Part shown: positions 17,229 to 25,407 of the stretch, in pieces
Layout: every line of letters starts with the position of its first letter
How positions within the stretch are numbered: the stretch's first letter is position 1
DNA from: Candidatus Saccharimonadota bacterium
Lineage (GTDB): Bacteria > Bacteroidota > Bacteroidia > Cytophagales > Amoebophilaceae
DNA: 32,000 nt
Assembly: GCF_964030745.1 (NCBI RefSeq)
Contig: NZ_OZ034918.1
Span: forward strand, 180,001-212,000
Reading direction: 5' to 3'
Program-made: the position numbers and the translations under genes
The notes under the pieces: model-generated
Seen by the model: only the letters and a program-made list of their open reading frames with translations
What the model was told of the DNA's origin: nothing
The model's database searches: none

Positions 17229-18992
17229 TTATGTTGTTTCAAAATACCCATCGCTATTAATTGTAAAATTTTTACTTGACATTACCTTAAAGTCATTTTC
17301 ATCATCCTTTTGATGCACTTGAATAACTGCCTCTGTAATATTAAGCTTTGTAGCATCACAGGTTAAACCTATAAGGACCTTTTTACGATATGTGCCATAT
17401 TGAAGGCTGTAGTCTTTACTATGTATTTGTTTTAAAGCGTCTAAAGCTGGCTTGTCTACTTTTAACTCAACAATATAAACGGTGCTTTGGCCATTGTACT
17501 GGTCTTCCATAACGATATCCAAACGCCCCATGCCACTATCTCTTTCAGCGCTAGCATGCGTCTCTTGAGTGGCATGAAAGGCACCATTGAGAAACACATA
17601 TAAAGTGGCCTGAAAGCTTTTTTCAGTTCTATCTAAGAAACGGTAACCCGCTTTGGCTAAACAATCGCTTCGAATCATGTTAAGAAAAGAAACCCACGCT
17701 TCTTTTCTTAAAGATTCTAAAATAGAGATGCTACATGCTTTCCCTGCTTCTTGTTGGGCTTGAGCAACAAAATCAGCTAATATAAGCTTTAAAGCAGATT
17801 TTACTTCTTGGTTGGGAAATCTCAAATGATAGAGCAGGTTGTTTTTATCCTGCACATGAGATGGATCAAGATCCATCGTGAGGTATCCTGTTTGATACAT
17901 CAATGGCAGCAAAGGCATTTCATGGAGCGAAGGATGTACCAGTTTAAATCTCACCTTATCTATTGAGAAACTGCATTTATCCCAATCCATATTAAACCGA
18001 TGCATATTTTGCTTCATTTGTTGCAATAAGATGGTAGGACTGCCAGAGTTAAACCAGAAATTCTCAAAATCTTTTGCATAAAAGAATCTTAGTATGGAGT
18101 CTGGATTATAAACGCTTACCATTTTATCAGTTGTAAAACAATAACCATTATAATAATCCTTTACCTCTTGTTTGATTTGAATCAGTGTGTACTTTTCTTC
18201 CTGCGTCTTCTTGCTGTTCAGTCTTTCAAGTACAGGATTAATAATTGCATTCTTGCTAAGAAATAGATTGTCAATATCCTCTTCTGTATAGCCCAGCATC
18301 CCTGCATAATCTTCATGCAATGATATGTCATTTGCCGAGTTAGCACCTGAGGTAAGTCCAGATAAATGAAATTTAGTTACACCTGTTACAAAAATAAATT
18401 TACAATCCTTTTGACGACTTTTTAAGACTTTGAAAAATGAACTAAGCACGGCAAGTACATCTTCATATTGCTCTTTTTTAGAGGAAATTAATGGGCTGTC
18501 ATATTCGTCAATTAAAACAATGGGAATAGGTTCGTAACCTTTTTGCAACCCTCCTAGGGCATGTATCAACTCACCCAATTTCGTGCTAAGTGAAGGAGCT
18601 TTTAATCCATGGAGGCCATATGTATTTGAAATTTCTAAAAGTTTATATTGTAGCTCTTCTTCCAATAAAGAAGCTTTTTTAGAAGTTAACTCTGAAAAAT
18701 TCAACCAAATAACAGGATACTTCTTCCACGCATAGTTTTCTTGCTGACCAATAGCACACACCTTAAACAGTTCCTTATTACCTTGGGCTATTTGGTCTAT
18801 GGTATCCAATAGTAATGATTTGCCAAACCTACGTGGCCTTATAAAGAAGTAATAAGTTCCCTCATCTTCAAATAGTTTAGAAATATAATCAGTTTTATCT
18901 GCGTAAAAACCAGCATCTATCATCTGTTTGGCACTAGCTTTTCCAATAGGAATACGTACCCTCCTAGCAGCATTTAACCCTTTATCCTCCAT
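17229..18992 (-). CDS. AAA-ATPase_like (P-loop) domain fused to a C-terminal PD-(D/E)XK nuclease domain (DUF1703-type), function unknown
   Basis: 587 aa. The N-terminus FYADKTDYISKLFEDEGTYYFFIRPRRFGKSLLLDTI carries Walker A (GKS), and IVLIDEYD is Walker B. The C-terminus GRLDIVMED...VYIVELKVDK carries the D...E-x-K nuclease motif. The architecture matches my recollection of PF09820 + PF08011 proteins, which are expanded in Bacteroidota. Confidence 0.8.
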   Translation of the reverse strand: MEDKGLNAARRVRIPIGKASAKQMIDAGFYADKTDYISKLFEDEGTYYFFIRPRRFGKSLLLDTIDQIAQGNKELFKVCAIGQQENYAWKKYPVIWLNFSELTSKKASLLEEELQYKLLEISNTYGLHGLKAPSLSTKLGELIHALGGLQKGYEPIPIVLIDEYDSPLISSKKEQYEDVLAVLSSFFKVLKSRQKDCKFIFVTGVTKFHLSGLTSGANSANDISLHEDYAGMLGYTEEDIDNLFLSKNAIINPVLERLNSKKTQEEKYTLIQIKQEVKDYYNGYCFTTDKMVSVYNPDSILRFFYAKDFENFWFNSGSPTILLQQMKQNMHRFNMDWDKCSFSIDKVRFKLVHPSLHEMPLLPLMYQTGYLTMDLDPSHVQDKNNLLYHLRFPNQEVKSALKLILADFVAQAQQEAGKACSISILESLRKEAWVSFLNMIRSDCLAKAGYRFLDRTEKSFQATLYVFLNGAFHATQETHASAERDSGMGRLDIVMEDQYNGQSTVYIVELKVDKPALDALKQIHSKDYSLQYGTYRKKVLIGLTCDATKLNITEAVIQVHQKDDENDFKVMSSKNFTINSDGYFETT

Positions 18993-19179
18993 ACCATATA
19001 GCTTTGCTATTGCCCTAATGTGAAACCCATACGCTAAAATTTATATAGCTTACCTTCAAAGTAGCTAATATAAATAAATCAGTCTACTATAGTTGTATAT
19101 TTTTTCGTTTTAAAAAGGTTAAATTTATGAATATTTTTATTGCTGTATTCAACAGAATGATACAGGCAGGTTACAACAT

Positions 19180-21471
19180 ATGGAAAAAATAATAGGTATA
19201 ATTTGGAAATTTTTTATAGCGGTAGTCGTAGGCATTCCTATTTACCTTTTTTCTGTTCAAGTCAATTTCTACAATTTATATGGCGGCATGCCATCCACAG
19301 ACTTGTTAGAAAACCCACAAAGTGAGCTCGCTTCTGAGCTCTATGCCGCTGATGGCATTTTACTAGGCAAGTACTTTAGAAACAACCGAAGTTCTGTAAC
19401 CTATGAGGAAATCTCCCCTAATATGATTCATGCGCTTATCGCCTCAGAAGATTATCGTTTTGAGCAACATGCTGGTATAGATTTACGGGGATTATCGCGT
19501 GCCTTTTTTCTTTCGATTGTATTGCAACAAAACAAAGGAGGGGGTAGCACGTTGACCCAACAGTTGGCTAAAAATCTTTTCAACATTAGAAGAGAGGCAA
19601 ACTATAGAGGCAAATGTTCCAATATTCCCTTGCTGAGTAAACTGATTCTTAAAACGAAAGAGTGGATCCTAGCCGTTCAACTCGAGCGCGCTTATACCAA
19701 GCAAGAAATTATAGCCATGTATCTAAACACAGTTACCTTTGGAAGCAATACCTATGGTATAAAAGTAGCTGCACGCACCTTTTTTAACAAAACACCAGCC
19801 GAATTACGCGTAGAAGAGGCTGCACTATTGGTAGGTCTATTGCGTGCCCCTACCCGCTACAGCCCGATAAAGCATCCTGAAAGTGCCAACCATATTAGAA
19901 ATGTAGTACTATCCCAAATGGTTAAATATGGTTTTCTAAAACAATCTGAATACGACCTTATTTGTGAAATACCTACTGAATTACAGTATCAAGAAGAAAA
20001 TTATGAAAAGGGTATAGCGCCTTATTTTAGAGCGGTAGTACGGGACTTCCTCTTAAAATGGGCGCAAGAAAATGGTTATGATCTTTTTGCAGATGGGCTG
20101 CGCATCTATACTACTATTGATAGCCGGGTGCAAGTACACGCAGAAGCTGCTGTAAAAGAGCACATGGCCACACTACAAAATAAATTTGATGCACACTGGA
20201 AAGATCAAAATCCATGGGTGCATGAAAATGGGAACGAAATAGCAGACTATATTGAAAAAGCGATAAAAAAAACAACACTTTACCAAAAGTTGCTTAAAGA
20301 ATATGGAACAGACACCGAATCCATTGATAAAATATTGCATACACCTGTATCCACCACATTATTTTCCTGGGAAGGCCCCATTCAAAAAACAATAAGCCCT
20401 ATAGAAGCCTTTAAATACCATCGAAGGATATTACAAGCCGGATGTATGGCCATGGACCCTTATACAGGCCATATTAAAGCTTGGGTAGGTGGTATTGATT
20501 ACAAACATTTTCAGTACGATCATGTGAAACAGGGTAAACGGCAAACTGGCTCAACCTTTAAACCTATAGTATACACCGTAGCATTGGATAATGATTACTT
20601 GCCAACAGATTTGGTCACAGATGAGCCGGTTACTTTTTTACAACCCAATGGGGCAACTTGGACGCCACAAAATGCCTGGAAAAGTTACTCTGGAAAGCAA
20701 TATACCTTACGATATGCTATGGCCAAGTCTTACAACTCTATTACATCTTATCTGATTAAGCAACTTACGCCTCAATTGGTTGTAGATTACGCCAAGCGCA
20801 TGGGCCTACAAGGCCCCTTAGATCCAGTTCCTGCCATTTGTTTGGGTTGTAGTGATGCTTCTATTTATGAAATGGTAGGGGCATACAGTACTTTTTTAAA
20901 CAAAGGAGTTTGGACGGAGCCCTTTTTTATTACCCATATTGAAGATAAACATGGCAATATATTACAAACCTTTATCCCCCAACGGCATGAAGCCATTCAC
21001 GAGGATACGGCTGATCTTATGACCTATATGCTGCAAGGCTCACTAGATGAAGGTGCCTTAAATGGGGTGCCCTTAGCACTAAGGGGGCAAAACGATATAG
21101 CGGGGAAATCGGGTACTACGTCCAACCATTCAGATGGCTGGTTTATCGGATTAACCCAAAACCTTTGTACAGGTGTTTGGGTAGGTGGAGAAGATCGTTG
21201 CATTCATTTTAGAGATTTTGCACTGGGACAAGGTAGTGCAACCGCACGCCCTATATGGGAAAAATTTATGTTAAGGCTGTATAGTGACCCTCTTCTGGTC
21301 TATAAAAAAGGACCTTTGATCCCGGGCCACACCTTATCTGAAAAGGTAAAAAATATTATTCAAAGCAAAACGCCAGATCCCCAATCTACCGATGCAAGTA
21401 GCAATCAGTCAACGGGTACACCAGAGAAAAAGAAAATAGCCATAGAATTAGATATAGCTAAAATACTCTAG
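19180..21471 (+). CDS. mrcA: Bifunctional penicillin-binding protein 1A (glycosyltransferase GT51 + transpeptidase)
   Basis: 763 aa with an N-terminal TM anchor. GT51 motifs: EDYRFEQHAGID, GGSTLTQQLAKN, KEWILAVQLERAYTKQEIIAMYLN. Transpeptidase motifs: STFKP (SxxK), SYN (SxN), KSGTT (K[T/S]G). Confidence 0.92.
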   Translation: MEKIIGIIWKFFIAVVVGIPIYLFSVQVNFYNLYGGMPSTDLLENPQSELASELYAADGILLGKYFRNNRSSVTYEEISPNMIHALIASEDYRFEQHAGIDLRGLSRAFFLSIVLQQNKGGGSTLTQQLAKNLFNIRREANYRGKCSNIPLLSKLILKTKEWILAVQLERAYTKQEIIAMYLNTVTFGSNTYGIKVAARTFFNKTPAELRVEEAALLVGLLRAPTRYSPIKHPESANHIRNVVLSQMVKYGFLKQSEYDLICEIPTELQYQEENYEKGIAPYFRAVVRDFLLKWAQENGYDLFADGLRIYTTIDSRVQVHAEAAVKEHMATLQNKFDAHWKDQNPWVHENGNEIADYIEKAIKKTTLYQKLLKEYGTDTESIDKILHTPVSTTLFSWEGPIQKTISPIEAFKYHRRILQAGCMAMDPYTGHIKAWVGGIDYKHFQYDHVKQGKRQTGSTFKPIVYTVALDNDYLPTDLVTDEPVTFLQPNGATWTPQNAWKSYSGKQYTLRYAMAKSYNSITSYLIKQLTPQLVVDYAKRMGLQGPLDPVPAICLGCSDASIYEMVGAYSTFLNKGVWTEPFFITHIEDKHGNILQTFIPQRHEAIHEDTADLMTYMLQGSLDEGALNGVPLALRGQNDIAGKSGTTSNHSDGWFIGLTQNLCTGVWVGGEDRCIHFRDFALGQGSATARPIWEKFMLRLYSDPLLVYKKGPLIPGHTLSEKVKNIIQSKTPDPQSTDASSNQSTGTPEKKKIAIELDIAKIL

Positions 21472-21556
21472 GTATAGGTGTCCTGAGCAGATGCGATGGT
21501 TGCGTTTAGCTTTAAAAAATTATAAAATAGAGCATATGACTATTTCTTAATCGCCT

Positions 21557-22126
21557 ATGAAAACAATCAACTTTGTCACCAGCAATCTATTAAAACTACA
21601 ACAGGTTCAAGCTATTTTAAGAAATAACACCACTTTTAAGCTGGTGCATCATCCCTTAGAATTACCAGAGCTACAAGCATCTTTAGATGAAATTGCCATT
21701 AACAAATGTATAACTGCCGCTACTATTATAGGAGATGCAGTGTTGGTAGAAGATACTGCATTCACCTTTAATAGTTTAAATGGTTTGCCTGGGCCTTACA
21801 TTAAAACTTTTATACAGCAAATAGGTTTAGAAGGACTAGTACGAATTTTATCAGATTTTGAAGATAAAACTGCAGTAGCGACCTCTACTTTCGCCTATAC
21901 AGAAGGCCCAAACCAGCCCGTAAAGCTGTTTACGGGCACCATGAATGGAACCATTACCCAGTCTAGCAACATGCCAGAAAACCAAACCAATTGGCAATCT
22001 ATTTTTCAACCAGAAGGATATCATATAAACTATGCCATGATGGAAGAAGATCAAAAAAATAAAATCTCACATCGCTATAAAGCACTTATGTTACTGATAG
22101 ATTACCTTACACATTCAACTATTTGA
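21557..22126 (+). CDS. Inosine/xanthosine triphosphate pyrophosphatase, Ham1/ITPA family (eukaryote-like sequence type)
   Basis: 189 aa with [55 protein letters not shown] and ISHRYKAL. It is collinear with human ITPA as I recall it, rather than with bacterial RdgB (DDSGL / G.PG.YSAR). Confidence 0.85.
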   Translation: [189 protein letters not shown]

Positions 22127-23504
22127 TGCTGATACATGAAAAGCTCAACAGCCGAGAACCTCTCTTATAGAGCACACCCGAATTTTTCACAAATGCTCTA
22201 ACTACAGCTTTATGACACTTTTGGCGTGCCAACGCTAAAGGGGACCTACTAGAATAGTCCTTTATATGAGGATTAACTCTGCCATCTTGCAATAGCACTT
22301 CAACAATAGCTGCATGACCATTTGCTGCGGCCAAATGAAGTGGAGTCTGGCCAAAACGATCCCTTATATTCACCTCTACATCTTCCAGATCGCTGAGTAA
22401 CGCCCCATGCAGAACGGCTTTAACTAGAGCCACATAACCATTTTCTGCTGCCCAATGAAGGACTGTTCTACCGGAAGCATCTATTGTATGCGCGTTAATG
22501 CCTCCATATTTTAGCAGCGTTTTGACTACGGCTATATGACCATTTTTTGCTGCCACATTAAGGCCAGAGCTTGCAAAATAATTTTTTTTATCAATGTAAA
22601 GGTCTTCATGTTTTAACAACACTTCGACCACAGCTACATGACCATTTGCTGCTGCCAAAGGAAGCGGAGCGTTCAACCAAACGTCTAATGCATTAACATT
22701 AACCTTTGGATAGGTATGCGTACACAGTTTTTGGACTACATCTACATGACCATGCATTGCTGCTAAATGAATCGGAGCGTTAAGACAAGAATCTTTTGCA
22801 TTTACATCAACAAGTGGGTCTTGCACTTCCAGTAACTTTTTGACTACCTCTACATGCCCATATGCTACCGCAAAATGAAGCGCAGACCTACAGAAGCGAT
22901 CTACGTCATTGATAGACTTCCTTCCTGCTTCCACTTCCAGCAACTTTTCAACTACGACTACATGGCCATTTATTGCTGCTAAATGAATCGGAGCGTTAAG
23001 ATAAGAATCTTTTGCATTTACATCAACAAGTGGGTCTTGCACTTCCAGTAACTTTTTGACTACCTCTACATGCCCATATGCTGCCGCAAAATGAAGCGCA
23101 GACCTACAGAAGCGATCTACGTCATTGATAGACTTCCTTCCTGCTTCCACTTCCAGCAACTTTTCAACTACGACTACATGGCCACATGTTGCCGCCAAAT
23201 GAAGTGGAGTATAGCCTAGTTTATCTTGTTGATTGGCAGTAAGACGGGCATACGCATGATCTGGAAACCGAAGCGAAAGGCATAATTGAACACTCTCTGG
23301 TCGATTGTTCAAAGCACAATGGTGCAGCATATTTCGGCCATCCTGGTCTAGTGCACATAAGGGGTTATGCTTGATAGGCAAGCTACCCACTAAGGCAGCC
23401 AATTCTACAAGGGTTTTGTCTGGCAATTTTTTGTCAGAGTTTACACTATAATGGATTAACCTACTACACGAAAGAATGGTAGATAAAAGCAGTACAATAA
23501 TCAT
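22119..23504 (-). CDS. Ankyrin-repeat protein (about 11-12 repeats) with hydrophobic N-terminus/lipobox-like Cys
   Basis: 461 aa made almost entirely of ANK units (..TPLHLAA..GH..VVE.LL..). The N-terminus is MIIVLLLSTILSCS. Its 3' end overlaps the convergent ITPase gene by 8 nt. Confidence 0.9.
   Translation of the reverse strand: MIIVLLLSTILSCSRLIHYSVNSDKKLPDKTLVELAALVGSLPIKHNPLCALDQDGRNMLHHCALNNRPESVQLCLSLRFPDHAYARLTANQQDKLGYTPLHLAATCGHVVVVEKLLEVEAGRKSINDVDRFCRSALHFAAAYGHVEVVKKLLEVQDPLVDVNAKDSYLNAPIHLAAINGHVVVVEKLLEVEAGRKSINDVDRFCRSALHFAVAYGHVEVVKKLLEVQDPLVDVNAKDSCLNAPIHLAAMHGHVDVVQKLCTHTYPKVNVNALDVWLNAPLPLAAANGHVAVVEVLLKHEDLYIDKKNYFASSGLNVAAKNGHIAVVKTLLKYGGINAHTIDASGRTVLHWAAENGYVALVKAVLHGALLSDLEDVEVNIRDRFGQTPLHLAAANGHAAIVEVLLQDGRVNPHIKDYSSRSPLALARQKCHKAVVRAFVKNSGVLYKRGSRLLSFSCISIK
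22756..23187. repeat. Two-copy 216-bp tandem duplication inside the ankyrin gene (72 aa = two ANK units)
   Basis: 22756-22968 and 22972-23184 are identical at 211/213 positions by direct comparison. The differences are c22786/t23002 and a22867/g23083. Confidence 0.95.
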
Positions 23505-23715
23505 TATTATTTTTTAATCTCTTGACAAAGCATTTCGTTTTTATTATAAAAAAGTTTATTGATTAATCATACTATTTCGTTCATATTTTTTTAAAAATTT
23601 ATAATATGCGACTTTTCACTATATGTCTCTTACACATTTTTACGCATAAATAAATAGAGAAAGCAGTCTATCTTTTCTAATTCAAAAAAAAGCTGTACAT
23701 TTAGCTGCACTAGTT

Positions 23716-23804
23716 GGAGTGGTGGCCGAGTGGCTTAAGGTGCCCGCCTGGAAAGTGGGTGTACCTCTAAAAGGGTACCGGGGGTTCGAATCCCCCCTAC
23801 TCCA
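23716..23804 (+). tRNA. tRNA-Ser (anticodon GGA), class II with long variable arm
   Basis: Acceptor stem GGAGTGG/CTACTCC (one G-T pair). D-arm region GCCGAGTGGCTTAAGGT. Anticodon stem-loop CCCGC-CTGGAAA-GTGGG, giving anticodon GGA. Long variable arm TGTACCTCTAAAAGGGTACC. T-arm GGGGG-TTCGAAT-CCCCC. CCA is not encoded. Confidence 0.9.
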
Positions 23805-23917
23805 CCCTTCCTGATTTTGGCTAGTCCATAGGCTTCTTTCGAAACACAATTTGCTAATAGCCATTTTGTGGTCTATGCTCCTTAATTGTAGCCTGAGTAT
23901 GTTGGCTACTGAACTGC

Positions 23918-24179
23918 CAATGGCGCGGGCTTAAGAGATAAATATTGTTGACTATTAAATAGAATAGCATTTTTTACATGGAGTATTGGTATACGCAGCA
24001 CTTATGGCCACCGATAAAAGATTTGGCGCGCAGTAAAGGCAATGCAACAATCTATTGTTCAGCTATTTACTATCGGGCCAGACTTTTTATCGAAGGAGAT
24101 AAGGGGCCCAGCCATAGGCGTGAATAGATACTTATAATCAGGTAAAAAATAAGACAAATTCCTTAAGTTGACGCCATTG
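23918..24179. mobile_element. 262-bp non-autonomous element (MITE-like) with terminal inverted repeats and a perfect 10-bp target-site duplication
   Basis: Termini are caatggcg...cgccattg plus a second shared block, cttaag. The element is flanked by direct repeats actgaactgc at 23908-23917 and 24180-24189. No ORF lies inside, and related copies occur elsewhere in the window. Confidence 0.75.
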
Positions 24180-24279
24180 ACTGAACTGCTCCTAAAAATG
24201 CGCACCACGACTCCTCATTTATTGGCTTTTTTGTATATTGAGGCGATTCTTTTAACCAAAAAAACCTTTATCAGCCCCT

Positions 24280-25392
24280 ATGAAAATAATAGAACAAACC
24301 ATTTCGAATTATATTTTTAGCAACTATTCAAATGATTCCATCCATTTTTCCCAAAAAGGGCATGAGCAAGTGGTCTATTTTCAAGATGAAGCAACTGGTT
24401 TGCAAGCCATTGTGGGCATACATGATACTACATTAGGGCCTGCTGTTGGTGGATTGCGTTTTTTTGAATATCAAGATGAACGAGATGCACTCAAAGATGT
24501 ACTGCGCCTTTCCAGGGGAATGACCTACAAAGCATCTATAGCTGGATTAAACTGCGGAGGAGGAAAAGCTGTGATTATGAAAAAAAAAGGCATGAAACTT
24601 ACCGAAGCACTGCTGCGCAAATATGGAACTTTTATAGAGCGGTTGGGGGGGCATTACATTACTGCACCAGACTACAATACTACTATGGAGCATATGGTAG
24701 AGATTGCAAAATCAACCCGCCATGTCATAGGCCTTCCTGTCGCATCAGGGGGTAGTGGCGATCCCTCAGAGAATACGGCTTATGGGGTCTATATGGCCAT
24801 GAAAGCTACTGCAAAAAAAACATTTGGTAGAGATTGCTTAACTGGCAAAAAAATTGGTATAGCGGGCGTAGGCAAAGTGGGCTACTTTTTGGCACAATTG
24901 CTCTGCAAAGAGGAAGCGATTGTCTATGTAGCCGATATATGCGCCAAGCGGCTTCAAGCTATAACGGAAGTCTGCAAAGTAGAAGTAGTAGCAGCTGAGC
25001 GGTTATGCAGCCGGCCGCTAGACATATATGCACCATGTGCTTTAGGTGCCACCTTAAATAGTGCAACCATTCCAATGCTGAATTGTGCCATCGTAGTGGG
25101 TGCAGCCAATAACCAACTAGCAGATCAAGACCGAGATGGCAAACTGTTGCTAAAAAGAGGAATTATATATACACCAGACTTTTTGGCCAATGCAGGGGGG
25201 CTAATCAACGCCGTTACGGAATTAGAACCTAGGTCTAAAGATTTGGTCAAAAAACGTACCGAGCAGCTCTATACCATCTGCCTTGATGTATTAGATAAAG
25301 CTGCAAAAACAGCTCGCCCAACGCAGGAGATAGCGCAAGAAATGGCTATCGCACGTATTCAAAGCATCAAAAATGCACAACTTGGCCAATAG
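24280..25392 (+). CDS. Glu/Leu/Phe/Val dehydrogenase family protein (leucine/valine dehydrogenase-like)
   Basis: 370 aa. GPAVGGLRFFEY...DVLRLSRGMTYKASIAGLNCGGGKAVI contains the catalytic Lys context. The Rossmann motif is GIAGVGKVGYFLAQ. Confidence 0.85.
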   Translation: MKIIEQTISNYIFSNYSNDSIHFSQKGHEQVVYFQDEATGLQAIVGIHDTTLGPAVGGLRFFEYQDERDALKDVLRLSRGMTYKASIAGLNCGGGKAVIMKKKGMKLTEALLRKYGTFIERLGGHYITAPDYNTTMEHMVEIAKSTRHVIGLPVASGGSGDPSENTAYGVYMAMKATAKKTFGRDCLTGKKIGIAGVGKVGYFLAQLLCKEEAIVYVADICAKRLQAITEVCKVEVVAAERLCSRPLDIYAPCALGATLNSATIPMLNCAIVVGAANNQLADQDRDGKLLLKRGIIYTPDFLANAGGLINAVTELEPRSKDLVKKRTEQLYTICLDVLDKAAKTARPTQEIAQEMAIARIQSIKNAQLGQ

Positions 25393-25407
25393 CTGCAAAA
25401 CTTACTT

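Noticed and set aside
23696-23703. TACATTTA just upstream of tRNA-Ser, as a Bacteroidota -7 promoter element (consensus TAnnTTTG).
   Set aside because: The match is imperfect, there is no clear -33 element, and similar strings are frequent in AT-rich spacers.
23732-23740. GGCTTAAGG is shared by the tRNA-Ser D-arm and the MITE-family terminus (16862-16870; 8 of 9 at 23924-23931), raising the idea of a tRNA-derived element.
   Set aside because: A 9-nt match is easily coincidental, and no further tRNA-like structure is visible in the element.
23682-23864. 60-aa minus-strand ORF.
   Set aside because: It completely overlaps the well-folded tRNA-Ser(GGA) gene.
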